From Eledone cirrhosa (taxonomy: Eukaryota), in NCBI GenBank assembly GCA_964016885.1, contig OZ024742.1:225308001-225372000 (forward strand): DNA of 64,000 nucleotides, given 5' to 3'. The notes beneath the pieces are model-generated. The model saw only the letters and a list, made by a program, of their open reading frames with translations, was not told where the DNA came from and did no database searches. Numbering within the stretch: position 1 is the first letter of the stretch; every line of letters begins with the position of its first letter. This document shows positions 28,070 through 41,769 of this stretch, piece after piece. The position numbers were made by a program, and so were the translations under genes.

Positions 28070-29980
28070 CGAAACATAAGTCAATTGCATGAACTCATAA
28101 TCCTTTATTTACTGCTATATATATTTCGATGATAGCCATTGAATGGATATGACCTCATCAGGCAGTTAGTCAGTTCTTACATATGCCAGCTCTGTGTTTA
28201 TAGTGTTGATGGTATCAGAGCCTTGACACATATGAGCTTGTTAGGAATAATTTAATGTTGTCAGCAGGAATAGTATTGATTCTCATTGGTCAGTTTGTAG
28301 ATGGTAGTAGGTTGGTATTTGACCTCAAAGAGGCAGGTGGTGTTGTATAGTTTAAACTGTTAGGCAAGAGGACAATAGTTCCATATGGCTAATTTTCATA
28401 AAAGCATTCCTGGTCAGATATATATTCATTACGGTTAATAGTATGAAATAGATACTACAGGTCATTCTTAAATTGAGGAATTTATGAGGAGTGGTGCTAC
28501 TGAAAATTATGGTTAGAGTAGAAAATTTACAAATAAAAAGACTTATGTAGGTTGGCTTGCACGTACACTCACACCCACCTCCACAGACACACACACACAT
28601 CCACACATACAAAATGTGGGGTGGTAATACTTAAAATAATGGTCAGAGTCTAATACTTAGATTGTTTAGAAAATTTAGAAATAACAGGTTTATGCTGGTT
28701 GACTTGTACATACACTCACACCTACCCCCTCAAACACTCACACATTTACACACACAAATCCATACAGGTGTGTATATATATATGTATGCATGTATGTACG
28801 CACAAGTATATATATATATATATAATATATATATATATATATACACAGAGCATACATATATATAAAATATATATATATACATAAAATACACACATACATA
28901 AATATATACACACATAAAACATACATATATATATATATATAAAATACACATACATATACATATATATATAAAATATATACATATATATACATACATATAT
29001 ATAGAATACACATATATACACATAAAATATATATATATACACATGATATATAAATACATATATATAAAATCAGGTTCAATAAAACGTGATTTAGATGACT
29101 TCTAACCAGTAGAGCATCTGGTGGACCATCCACCATAGGGACCACAAACTATGGGTGGTTGTTGTTGTCCATTGGTCATTGGTACAGGGTGTAGGGGACC
29201 TACAGGGGGGGGGGGGGGGCGTTGTGGGAGGCTGTAACCGGGGTTTATCCATATAGCTTCAGGAAAGTTCCCGTCCTTAAGTGTCTGCAGGCACCGAATA
29301 AGTCGGCCCTTCTGTTTAATAGCTTGGTTCCGCCATGAAGAATCTCGAGTGTCTCACTAAGACAGAGGTTGCAAATACCAGACCCACCTCTGTCTGGGGG
29401 AACCTTTCTAACCACGGACCAGACCAGAGAGTGCGGGGTCTTTTCAAGTTTGAGCTTCCAGATCAATTCAGAAAGGGCCGTACATTTCCTCTTATCTATT
29501 CTGTTAAAGGAATGGCGATGGTTATACCACCGATCTTTGAAGCTCGTCGCTGTGGATCCTATGTAGTGGTGCTCCGAGTTAGGGATTGTGACCTTGCACC
29601 TGTAGACTACGTTTTTCGTCATGCATTCATTACTAAGGGGGCACAGTGATGGGTCTCTTCAATTACATGACTTCTTAAGCCCACCACATGTACCGCGTGG
29701 TTACCATCACTCGGGGTTGGCTGGGTAGCCTCTGCAATCAGCACAGGGTCGTTGGGTTTCCGGTGTGCTAGTTGGGCCTGTCCGGGTTCCGTTGCGTCCC
29801 GCGTGCTGGTTCTGTTGGGTGGCTCCGGGGTTTACGGTGGTATTAGAGGCAGTGAGCCTATTTCTATTTATGCCAGCTATGTGCTGGGCTACGGAGCGTG
29901 TGGTTGAGTAGGAAAGTTTCACCGTGTGCCTGTTGAATATTTTATGGTACTTGTGGGCCCTAGGGAAACATTTATACATA
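28063..29980 (-). mobile_element. 5'-truncated PLE: linker + GIY-YIG (29245-29979, one frame, three internal stops), microsatellite-rich 3' UTR, terminal hammerhead
   Basis: KCFPRAHKYHKIFNRHTVKLSYS...CN*RDPSLCPLSNECMTKNVVYRCKV...HYIGSTATSFKDRWYNH...CNLCLSE. Confidence 0.85.
28111..28166 (-). ncRNA. Type I hammerhead ribozyme related to 2602-2656
   Basis: ACTGC-CTGATGA-GGTCATATCCA...TGGCTATCATC-GAAA-TATATA-TA^GCAGT-AAATAAA. Confidence 0.85.
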
Positions 29981-30404
29981 ACGCACCAGAGTACTCGATT
30001 CTTATGCTCGTAGAGCGGGTAATAGGAAAAGAGTCAGCGGGAATCTAGCTGAACTTATCAAGGGGTACAGTCCATATATGGGCATGCACTCAAAACAAAA
30101 AAAAAGCAAAAATATCAATTCAAACAATCCTAAATATTTGGCACCTACAGGTCAGACAGTCATCTTACTTCCTCCCCTTTGTTCTACTGGCCAGTTCAGC
30201 TCCCACGCCCACCAATCCGCCGCTATGAAGGAGTTTATCCATGTACATGACATCCCAAATTCATTGACCACTCCCCGTGACAAACAAGAAAAACAACAAA
30301 TTTGTAGGATTGTTCGATTTGATATTTCTGCTTTTTTTGTTTTGACCCATATATGGGTACGCAGTCAAATCAAAAAAAGCAAAAATATCAAATCAAACAA
30401 TCCT

Positions 30405-30475
<71 letters not shown>

Positions 30476-31048
30476 AAAAATGGAGTGCTGCGTGGTTGCA
30501 CATGGGTTACATATGAATAAAATTAATCCTTCATCAGTGATCTTCCAACCTTCATTTAAAAATCATATACCTCTGGTTGGTGCGAGCAATAACTAAATAA
30601 AGTTATTGGGACAAGTAAAATAGGGTGAAGCGAGCGAAACATGTAAACAAAGATGGTATTGCAACGGAAAGATAGGAAGAGACAAGTACATGATATCTAT
30701 AAGCTTAAAGTTTGGTGAATTCATGGACGAGAGATACAGACCATCCGACATGGGTGAGATGTGGGCGAGAAAAGGATTTCACACAGGTCAAACGGGAGAA
30801 AGTGAGAGAGGGGGAGAAGCAGAGAGTGAGTGAGTGGAAGTGTGAGGAAGAGGCCAGCCGAGAGAGAGTGTGACTGGCAGAAGGGGTAAAAAGAAGGTGA
30901 GAGATACAGAGAGAGGGGAAGCAGTAAGAAAGAAACAGACAATTGCAGCTGAGGAAAAAATATAAATATAAGAAAAATGGAGTGCTGCGTGGTTGCACAT
31001 GGGTTACATATGAATAAAATTAGTCCTTCATATATATATATATATATA

Positions 31049-31572
31049 CTAGCTGAGGTACCCTGTAATACCCGGGAACGGGGGTATTCCAAGTTCCCAT
31101 TATAATGCCCAATGCCTCTCAGACCAAAAATGAAATCAAAATATAGGACAGATAATGAAAACCGAAGACAAATTCATTTACGAAACAATAATACAAACAA
31201 ATATTGTTGATTGCATTGGTCAGGTGATAAAAATGTTATCAGAGAAGATAGTGGGGATTCTATTTTTTTCCTTATAGTGTGGCTATAAGGAAAAAAATAG
31301 AATCCCCACAAGGGTTTCTTAATATTATTGAAATTTGCTGAAATTTTGTGAATGGGCATCATATCTTGTCATTTATCTATGGTTTAAATTTCATATAAAT
31401 CGAAGGGAAATTATTTTCAGCGGTGGTTTGAGCCCCCGGAGAGCCTTTTGATTAAAATGAAATATACGTAAGAAATCAAATGGGCATAAGCCCCACACAC
31501 GTGTTAAGTTTCATCAAAATTGGTTTGGTAGTTTTTGAGTTTTAGGTTCACAAACAAACAGACAGAAATTGC

Positions 31573-31575
<3 letters not shown>
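31049..31575 (-). mobile_element. Probable non-autonomous Helitron
   Basis: The minus strand ends in a GC-rich short hairpin followed by CTAG (31049-31052), with a (GTTT/GTCT)n tract near the other end. Confidence 0.5.
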
Positions 31576-31641
<66 letters not shown>

Positions 31642-31649
31642 ATATATAT

Positions 31650-34600
31650 CTATATATATAAATCTGAGGATGTGTGTGTTAAGGTTTGTAACGGATTCAC
31701 GTCCACAATTTCCAACGGATTCTATTCCAAGTCGGGACAATTATTGCTTTTGGTCAGGAAAAGGTCATGAAGCAAAACCATTTCAAATCCATCAACGATA
31801 AGGGCAAAAATCGATCATGATCATTCCCCCTCTCTATAATTTAACTGCTTTACTCTCTCTGTCGCTCTTCACTCCCTATATGACAACACTGCAGTGGAGC
31901 GTTCCGTATTGACATACGGCTTATCTGGGGCATTTTCAATCGGATTATTGCAAATAACAACCCGCAAAATAACACTTCATATAACAGATTAATGCTATAG
32001 ACATATGAATCGGAATGTAACCCGTGACCTTTTTCCTGGGCAAAATTATTCGAACAGACATGACCTCATTGCCAAAGTGTTCAGACTGAAACTGGCTAAA
32101 CTCATGGCTCTAATAAAAAATGGTCAGGTATTTGGGGCTGTAAAATGTGACATGTTCACCGTCGAATGGCAAAAACGAGGGCTGCCACATGCTCACATTT
32201 TGATTTGGTTAGCTGATAAAATCAATTCAAATGCCATAGACAGCTTAATTTCGGCTGAAATCCCTAACCCAGCTACTGACCAGGAATTACATGACATCGT
32301 CAAAACTAACATGGTCCGTGTGCTTCGGGTCCTAATGAGCATCACACGTGTCTGAAAGGGGGGGGGTCGTGAAGTAAGGGATGCCCCCAAAAGATTTGTT
32401 GACCAGACTCAGACTGGTGGCGACGGGTACCCCCTGTACAGACGGAGACGGCCCGAGAACGGTGGCTTCACCACAACAGTAAGGGGAGGTAAAGTCGACA
32501 ATAGATGGGTGGTCCCTTACTGCCCGCTTCTCTTGAAGATGTTCAACGCCCACATCAACATTGAGTTTTGCAACTCCGTCAAGTCGATAAAATACATATG
32601 CAAATATGTAAATAACGGCTCTGATGCCGCAATGTTCGCATTTCAAGCTGAAAATAGCAGGGACGAGGTCACAGAATACCTGGCGGGGCGGTACATCAGT
32701 AGCAATGAAGATTTTTGGCACCTATTTGGTTTACCCCTACACCAACGGCACCCCGCCATCGTACAGCTTGTGGTACATTTGGAAAATGGGCAAAGGGTTT
32801 ACTTTACGGACCAAACCACCGCCAAGTTGGCCGCCGATCCGAAAGAGACCACTCTGACGGGTTTCTTCAAACTTTGCCAGTTCGATACATTTGCGCAAAC
32901 AATTGTGTACCCCCAGGTTCCATCCTACTTTATATGGCCGAAAAACACTTGGGTGCGAAGAAAGTCAGGTCAGGCTGTTGAAAGACATCCTGGTGTAAAA
33001 TTTGACAGCTGTCTTGGAAGGGTTTACACTGTGCCCCCAAGTCAGCATGAATACTTTCATCTCCGCCTTCTTCTGCATGAAGTTGTAGGCCCACAAAGTT
33101 TTCAGGACCTCAAAACTGTTGATGGAGAAATAAGTGATACGTACCGGGAAGCCTGCTTTAAGCGTGGTCTTTTGGAAGATGATTCGCAATGGGATTCCAC
33201 TTTAGCAGAGGGTGCTTTGTTGAAATCACCTAAAGGTCTACGGGAACTCTTTGCCATTTTGCTTCAAAAGTGTGAATTGAGTGATCCCGAATCTTTATGG
33301 GTCAAGTACAGAGACTTCATGTCTGAGGACTTCCTCCGCCTGGCTCATCTGCAGTATCCTTCAGTGGAAGTTGGTTACAGCGACATTATCTACAACAGGA
33401 CACTCATTGGTATCGAGGACGCCCTCCTCGACATGGGTGGGAGTGAATTGGCGATGTATAGCTTGCCGTCAACTGTCAGAGAGGAAGCTAACACGTTGGT
33501 CCCGGATTTGTTGCGAGAAACAGCATATGACATCGAATCTCTTTCCCAATACTTAGAGGAAAATGAGCCCAAACTTCTGTCGGACCAAAGGTTGGCCTAT
33601 TTAACTATCATTGACGCGGTTCAAAATCAGACTGGGGGTATTTACTTTCTCGGTGCTCCTGGGGGTACCGGAAAAACTTTTGTAACGAAATTGATTCTCG
33701 CTAAGATTCTTCAGGAGAAAAAAATTGCGTTGGCCGTTGCATCGTCCGGGATCGCTGCTACTTTGCTGCCGGGAGGCAGGACAGCACATTCAACCTTTAA
33801 ATCCCCTTGGATTTAGTAAAAACTGAGACACCAACATGCAATATCAGCAAGAGTTCACACGAAGCTCTGGTTCTCAAAAAATGTTGCCTCATTGTTTGGG
33901 ATGAGTGCACAATGGCACACAAGGGTGTCCTTGAGGCATTGGACAGGACCCTGAAAGACATTAAGGATTCTACGGCTCCTATGGGTGGCGTAACCCTTCT
34001 GCTATCAGGGGATTTTCGGCAAACGCTGCCTGTCATCCCCAAAGGGACAAGAACTGATGAAATGCGTACCTGCCTTAAGTCATCCATGTTGTGGCTCCAG
34101 GTGAAGAGTTTGTACCTGAGCACAAATATGCGTACTCATTTGCATGGTGACAACATGTCTGCAGCATTTGCTCAGAACATTTTAGCACTTGGTAGGGGAA
34201 GGTCCCTGCGGATGACAAGGGCGGCATAGCAATCGACTCCCTGTGCAACATTGTGAGCAGCCCTTCTGACCTTTGGGAAGCAGTTTTTCCTAATGTCTCA
34301 CCTAACTTTAAAAACCTCGATTGGCTCAGCGAAAGAGCCATCCTTGCTCCGAAAAATACCATAGTTAATTTTATTAACGAGAGCTGATTGAGAAGATTCC
34401 CGGTAAAGAGCACATCTTCAAATCTATCGACCGGACGTCAGACCCCGACGATATCGTTAATTATCCGGTTGAGTTATTAAATTCCCTTGAACCCCCAGGG
34501 CTCCCACCTCACATTCTTAAGCTTAGGGTTGGCTGTCCCATTATGCTAATAAGTAACTTGCGTCCACCAAAGCAGTGGTCGTCAAGTCACTGACGCCCCA

Positions 34601-34906
34601 CTTGATTGAGGCCACCATTGTAACGGGGTGCGGGAGAGGGGAGAATGTTTTCATTCCAAGGATGAACCGTTTCCCCTCGGCGTCAGATATCCCGTTCGAT
34701 TTCCGGCGATCCCAATTCCCGGTGAGACCATGTTTTGCCATGTCCATTAACAAGTCACAGGGGCAAACATTGTCCATTTGGGGGAGACATGCTTCTCCTA
34801 TGGCCAACTTTATGTTGCCTGTTCCCGCGTAGGGAGCAGGAATGGACTTTTTGCTTACACTCCTCAAGGGATGACATACAATATCGTCTACAAAGAGGTG
34901 CTATAG
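31650..34906 (+). mobile_element. Helitron RepHel, internally deleted and frameshifted
   Basis: Rep motifs VEWQKRGLPHAHIL and KYICKY; PIF1 helicase motifs GAPGGTGKT, WDEC, GDFRQ, FAMSINKSQGQTL; ends NIVYKEVL* at 34906. Confidence 0.93.
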
Positions 34907-35700
34907 ATGTTGGTGCAGGTGTTGGAGGTGTTGGAGCTATGCTGTCTGGAACACTATTTCCTGATAGGGTATCCCATGGCGGACAGATCTGACACCCTGC
35001 GGCATCAGGGCCACCATCTTGCAACTTTGGTCTCCAGTGTTTGTTTATCTTCCTGTCCTCTACATTGCGGCTGAGGTAACTAAGTTTGATACGGAAAACG
35101 TGTCACAGCATGTCGCGTCCCAGATTAGGGATTTGCCTCCTTCGAAAGGGAAGCGGGTAATTCCATCAGGGCGCATGCCGTCACCACGGTCGAGGCCAAC
35201 TGGATCCAGTTATGACGAGAAGCCGGCTGCGTCGAGGCTACTTCTTTCTCATTATGGCAGTATCGGTAGAGGGTCGGACGCCATGCTTTGCAGCACAGAG
35301 TTACGCCCTTTTCTGATCTGAGTTCAAATCCTGCCGAGGTTAACTTTGCCTTTCATCCTTACGGGGTCGATAAAATAAAGTACCAGTAATGCACTGGGAT
35401 AATTGCTGGCCTTGTGCCAAAAATAGAAACAATTATATCATTGAGAGTGGCATGTCGGGGGAACCGGCTTGCGCTCTGACGGCATAATAGTGGCTGCTGG
35501 CCGAACTCATCGACAACAGTTCCACAGCGGCATTTATGTGGCTCACACACGTGGATACCGAGGCGTTAGGCTACTCCGATGTGTCAGTGGTCTAGAGAGG
35601 CTGGCCAACTTGAGGTTAAATAAGATAAATTTTCCTTTGGGTCATTCCACGCTGGTTCCACGAAAGAGAAGGATCACTTCGAGTTGCTCAAGCAAGTAGT
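34907..35700 (-). mobile_element. CRE-like LINE fragment interrupted by a SINE (35255-35437)
   Basis: CEPHKCRCGTVVDEFG...RFPRHATLNDII, then after the SINE ...RGDGMRPDGIT...IWDATC; homologous to 15034-15920. Confidence 0.7.
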
Positions 35701-36515
35701 GAGATGTAGCACATAACAAAAAGACTCCGGCCCTCTCGACAAGGGCTCGACAGCAATTCTTCCATTGGCACTTCAACCACACTCAGTCACCCGCCTCTTC
35801 TCTTAGACAACACAGCTTCCTTGCCACTGCCAGTTTACTACTACCTATGCTGACACATACTGTCTAATTACAACTTGTCACTTCTTTTAATCGAACATAA
35901 TATATTAAACACAGAAACTCCAGCACACCAGCCTTTTTGAATACTATATTCATTTATATTTTTATGATTCGGAGTAATTATATTTGTTTCCTTTTTGTTG
36001 AAGTGAAGTAAAGTTATATATTCAACCAGAATTATTCGTATTTGTCGTGTTTATCATTCTCTTCCACAACAATTAAAAACTGCGCTTCACCACGAAAGGA
36101 AGGAAATGAGAGATATCCCCCCCCCCACACACACACACACATACACATACACCACGGTCCCAAGAATAGTATTAATAAATACACAGCCAATTTCTTTCAG
36201 GGAAGCAAAGAAAGTGTGGTAGAGATGAAGTAAGAAAGAGATAGAGAGAAAGAATTGACCCAAGTACTGGACTGATTTTTTTTTTCTTTATCTACCCCGA
36301 AAGGATAAAAAGCAAACTTGACTTCGGAAGATTTTGATCTTAGCGTGCAGGGAGCCGGAATGAATAGCGTATACCATTATATCCGACGTTCTAACAATTC
36401 TGCCAATTCGCCACCTGTTGCGATGGCGCTGTCACTAATTAACACTAGCTAGTTAAGCTTGCACTATTCATAAGTAAGCTGTCAGCAAGAATAGTTTGTT
36501 TATAACATTTATACT

Positions 36516-37200
36516 TCATTTGCTGATCTGAAGTCGGAACGCAAACTTCTCCCATATCTTAACTTTGGACGCCTTTACTGTCTTTGCTACGACTTTTCGC
36601 ACCTGCTTGTACCACCAAGGCAAGGAGGACGCATTTCCAAGCCAAGCTTTGTAAGTTCCCTTCTTTGCTTGGATGGCATCTTTGATCTCTCGATTGAACC
36701 AAAGGGTCCTCATGCCACCTGGCGCCACACCAAGCCGCTTTCGTTCGCAGCAGTTAACAGAAGGCTGGTAGGTGTAAATGCCAAAACTCACTATCTTCAA
36801 TTCGGTATTCGTGCCAACCTTTACCTATAGTCTTGAGTAATGTTTGAAAGGATACGATCCCGAATACAAGCAACCGAAATGGGGTTCCTCCGAAGGGTTT
36901 GGGGGGTAACGTTACTTTATAGAATGCATAGCTCGGAGATCAAAGAGTCGCTCCGAGTAGAGCCGCTAATTCTCCGAATTGAGGAATCACGGCTCCGATA
37001 CTACAGAGGTAGTTAGAATGTCCCGAGGAAGAATTGCAGGACAGATTTTACGGGCAAAACAAACTGGCAGGCGACCCACGGGTAGACCCCGAGCAATATC
37101 AATAGAAGACGGTTGCTTCTGTCAGGGCGCGCTGGAAGGAGTGTTTGAGGACTCTAACCCTAACCCGCCCAAGAAGAAGAAGAAGAAGAAGAAGAAGAAG

Positions 37201-37230
<30 letters not shown>
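36516..37230 (+). mobile_element. RTE LINE 3' fragment with (AAG)n tail and an inverted upstream segment
   Basis: Plus strand: RSRIQATEMGFLRRV...GRRPTGRPR, tail 37171-37230. Minus strand 36516-36770: TLWFNREIKDAIQAKK (EN-RT linker). Confidence 0.7.
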
Positions 37231-37231
<1 letters not shown>

Positions 37232-37866
37232 CTTTCATATCTTGGAGTAGTAAAGATCTGCCGATGATGAATACAAGTATACAACACTCTAGCACAAATG
37301 CTGGGGTAGCTGTGATATGACCATAGCTTTAGACACTCACAGTGAAACTCTGTGTATGTTTATTACATATTATATATGGGTTCATATTTATTACGTATTA
37401 AATATGGGTCCATATACATAAAAAAATCAACATGAAAAAAGCAGTTCAAAGAACAATGCAATACATTAATTGCATATCAGTATAACGCTTGACTCGGTTG
37501 GAAAAGAGTTTTAATGTTTTGGACGCTAGTCCTTCATCGGAAGATAAAAATAAAGTAGAAGAGAGGATGTTTGAAAGAGAGGGGAAAAACGAAAACAGAC
37601 TAGTAATAAGGGTGGGGAAACAAGGGGATAACAGAAAAGAGAAGAAAACAGGTATAGTTGCTAACCAACTATCTTTAGAAAACGGATCCATGTACCCCTT
37701 TATTCCAGTAAACAACTGGAACACTCGTCGTTGAAACCGACCACAATTAACAAAAACTGCGCCCAGCAGATATATATATATCTAATACCTTTGTTTAAGT
37801 TCGTATTGGCATACAACACACAGGAAATATATATATATGTAAATTAATTAAATGTATATATATATA

Positions 37867-38353
37867 ACTCCCCTACACACCTTTTGAACTCTGTTCCCAC
37901 ACACTTCTCACCTGAGGAAGGGCTTATGCCCGAAACGTCGTCCCCCACTTACCCCCCACTCTCCTGAGCATGAAATTAATAAACATTTATTGTACTGCCT
38001 CTCTGTTTTGTCCCTGTTCAAATTTTTCCATTATATATAATACACGCTCACACGGCTTCCATCCTTGGAACATAACTTAACAACCGGCTCAACCCCGATC
38101 TAATCTGCCGTGACCTTTCTCTGAACTTTACACACCTTCCCACACTTGGTCTTTCCTTCCACGCATTACCTATGTCTCTCCACCACTCCCCTACACACCT
38201 TTTGAACTCTGTTCCCACACACTTCTCACCTGAGGAAGGGCTTATGCCCGAAACGTCGTCCCCCACTTACCCCCCCCCCCCACTCTCCTGAGCGTGAAAT
38301 TAATAAACATTTATTGTACTGCCTCTCTGTTTTGTCCCTGTTCAAATTTTTCC

Positions 38354-38358
<5 letters not shown>
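37867..38358 (+). repeat. Tandem pLTR/retrozyme-like unit (period 318 bp) with two minimal hammerhead cores
   Basis: CTGAGGA-aGGGC(TTAT)GCCC-GAAA-CG-TC at 37912 and 38230; AATAAA downstream; (TA)n flanks. Confidence 0.8.
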
Positions 38359-38406
<48 letters not shown>

Positions 38407-38547
38407 TTGTTAAACAATATTCAATGATTATGTCAAAGAATGAGTTTTACAGTAGATTGGAAGCACTCAACGGATAAAATACTTTTCTGGAGTTATTAAT
38501 ATTAAAATATAAGTATTAATAAAATAGATGTTCTTTTGATCAATTAC

Positions 38548-38600
38548 ATTTTATTATACATATTTCGGATGTACAACAGTACGTCCTCATCAGACAAAAT
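38548..38600 (-). ncRNA. Type I hammerhead ribozyme
   Basis: ATTTTGT-CTGATGA-GGAcGTAC(TGTT)GTACaTCC-GAAA-TATGTA-TA^ATAAAAT. Confidence 0.85.
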
Positions 38601-39949
38601 ATATGACACATGATATACCCTGAGATGTTAAATGGCTAAGATTTAATCAAGGTAGTGATTAACCCGATAGAAAATTTTACTTATATCATATCTATGTGAA
38701 AGTGCGAAAACGTAATAAATTCATTAGAGAATGTGTGAGTAAGAAAAAACGTTGCATACTGTAAGTGTTCTAAAATTTTAAAGTGTATGATACTACAATA
38801 TATCTAGGAAAATGTCTCATGAATCATAACAGCCAGTGATAGCCACTGGAAAAAGATTTATAAGGAGGGGAAAATAAAGTGTGGGGTTTTTTTTTCGAAA
38901 GTTAAACGGTTAGATTTGAAAATATTTAATTTATAATATTAAGGTGAAGACTCCAGATTTCAGGATTATTTGCTAGTTATTTATATATTATTTATATAAA
39001 TTCGATAAGTGTGTTATCATTTCTAAACTTCTGAATTGTGAGAATAACATTTAAAGGATTTAGCTGGCACATAAAGAATGAAATATTATACTGTTGATTA
39101 TTTACCTAAATCTAAACTTTAACAAATATACCAACATATTAGGTATGTAAAGCTTTTGAAGTACTTATTGTTATAAATAACTATTATGTATATAGGATTG
39201 GCGGTGGATTGGCAGTATCGGTAGAGAGTCGGACGCCATGCTTTCCAGCATAATTACGTCCCTTTACGATCTGAGTTCAAATCCCGCCGAGGTTGACTTT
39301 GCCTTTCATCCTTACGGGGTCGATAAAATAAAGTACCAGTAATGCACTGGGTAATTGCTGGCCTTGTGCCTAAAGTAGAAACAATTATGTATATAGGTAT
39401 ACATTAATGAACCAGTATGTTTAAGGTAATGTATTGCATTGTTCTCTTGAACTGCTTTTTCAGCACAGCTTGCTCATGAAATTAATGTGCTAGTGGCTAA
39501 GGATTCCACAAACACGTGTATCTTTAACTTAGTTCATAAAAATAATTCAGCATGACACAGTGTGCGCTTTGAATTACAGGTACAACTCATTTTTTTATAA
39601 ATTTCCAATTAAAACTAGAACAACGTGAAATAAAATGTCTTGTTCAATAATACAACGGGAATTGAACTTACGAACAAGAGATTATGAATCAAACATCCTT
39701 AACCACTAAGCCATTGGCCTTCAGACATACTGCCTTGTTATTTATTCAATCTCAATAAAATACTTGTTTCGTTCTTTGCTTGATTGTTTATTTTGTTTTT
39801 TTTAATGCGTGAGATAATATACGGGATTGGGGGGAAAATAGTTATTTTAGATTCATTCAGTGTCATTTTCTAAGTTGAGCTAACAATGTAGCTAATAATA
39901 ATCCTTTCTTATATAACATTTCTAATAACCAACAGAAGTATACAATAGA

Positions 39950-41140
39950 GTTGTTTTTCTTCTTTTTTTTCTATTATTAAGAGATGGTAAAAGAAATAAA
40001 CGACGAGGAAATAAAAAATCAAATAATGAAAAAAGGGAAAGGGTGAAGAAAGAGGAAAACTCTACACCCTTGGCTCGGCAGTATATTTCTGCTGTACACA
40101 ATGGAAGAAAGAAAATGTGGCGGACAGCATTTGCTTTTTTTATGAGTATAAGCAGTTAAGATTTCCTAACAGGAACTTTATTTTACAAAGCTGTTTATAC
40201 AAAAACAAAATACACTATCAAAGGGAACAAAAATAAAAAAAATAGTCTGAGCGGTGCCTCAGCTACGCCACACGGTCAAAATGACAAAGGCATAACCACG
40301 GAGAATGGCCAGAGACACCCCACCTCGTGGGACTCCCTCCTCAAACGGGTCGCCGCTTTTCCGATTTTACGGAGACCTGTACAAGGAGGGAGCTGTCGGT
40401 TAGGCCTCGGTATTTGACTATCTTCCTCTCCTCTGCATTGCGATCAGTGGAGCCCGGGTTTGTGGCCGAAGCGACAAGATTCGGGGCAGAGAACAAGTCA
40501 CTGCACGTCGAAAGGGAAGAGGGTTAAACCGTCGGGGCGCTTGCCATCGCTACGCTCGAAGCCAGTTAGTTCCAATTGTGACAGAAAATCGGCTGCGTCG
40601 AAGCTCCTTCTGATGATGTCGTTCAGAGCAGCGTGACGGGGAAGCCGGCCTGCACCAACGTGACAAGATAACGGGTGCAGACTGAACTAGTCAACTGTTC
40701 CACATGCGAATGCCGAGGCGCTGTGCCACTCTAATGCGGGTGCGTTTACCATCAAGAAGGGTACTGGTTGATGAGGAAGGCACCTAATTGATCAAAGCCC
40801 TATTGTTTGGTTTCGAGGCGGAGCGTAGAGAGGTGAGACGGTATTGGTCCAAGTAAGACTTGATTCGTCTGAAGGTGAACTTGTAGTTGATGTCGTCCCA
40901 ATTATGTTGGACATCGGTACACTGGGGGACGACAAGGCCTTCAAGAGTCCAATCAGCCAAGGCAGACACTCGTTCCCGGGCAGCGTCAGGTTCTGTCGTC
41001 TTGCGGAGGAGCTCATTGATGAAGATGTGGCTGGAGGAGATTGAAGAACGATAGGCCGGTAGAGCCAAGTCAACAGTGAATGAGAGGCCGGGGCCGCCTA
41101 ATCTCTCAGGGAGTTCACATTTACCCCCCAAAGCCAGCAC
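39950..41140 (-). mobile_element. CRE-like LINE 3' fragment
   Basis: LPERLGG...[25 protein letters not shown]...RSDGKRPDG; A-rich tail near 39955; homologous to 15034-15920. Confidence 0.7.
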
Positions 41141-41608
41141 TAATTACTATCAACACCACAACCACAACTACAACTACCACCACCACAACTCCCACAAATA
41201 CAACCCCCACCACAACCACCGTCATCACCACCACACCCCTACCACCACCACACACCCAACCAACACAACCCCCACCACACCCCCACCACTACAACCACCA
41301 CCAAACAAACCCCACCATCACAATCACAACCCCCACCACCACTTACACTTATAACGCCGTCACCAGCAATAAATAATAAACAATGGTACAAGGTCACAAT
41401 CTTTAAGGAAATTAGGAAGTTAGTCTGAGCGTTCTTTGACTTTAGCGCTCCATTTCTTTTTTATATATAGTTGTAGATTGATATGACTGAGAGTGAAGTG
41501 CTAAATTCCAAAATCGCTTTAGGTTTGTTTTTTTACAAAAACGACGACGGAATTAATCCATTACTCTCTTATCTCCCTGGAATGCTGAAAAGCAAAGTGA
41601 GTCTTAGA

Positions 41609-41769
41609 TAGTGCCGGATTTAGAACAAACGAGGCCCTGTTATGAAGTCTCTTACTTGGGGCCTGAAGGAGGTAAACAATTTTTTTGGCAGGAAGATGCC
41701 TCCCCCCACCCCTGGTCAACGGGGCCCTGCGTTTAAGCACACCTAAGCACAATGGTAAATCCGACACCG
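41609..41769. mobile_element. hAT-like MITE
   Basis: Imperfect TIRs TAGTGCCGGATTTA / TAAATCCGACACCG; 8-bp TSD GTCTTAGA / ATCTTAGA. Confidence 0.7.

Noticed and set aside
41076-41376. His/Thr/Pro-rich ORFs
   Set aside because: Degenerate (CAC/CAA)n low-complexity tract.
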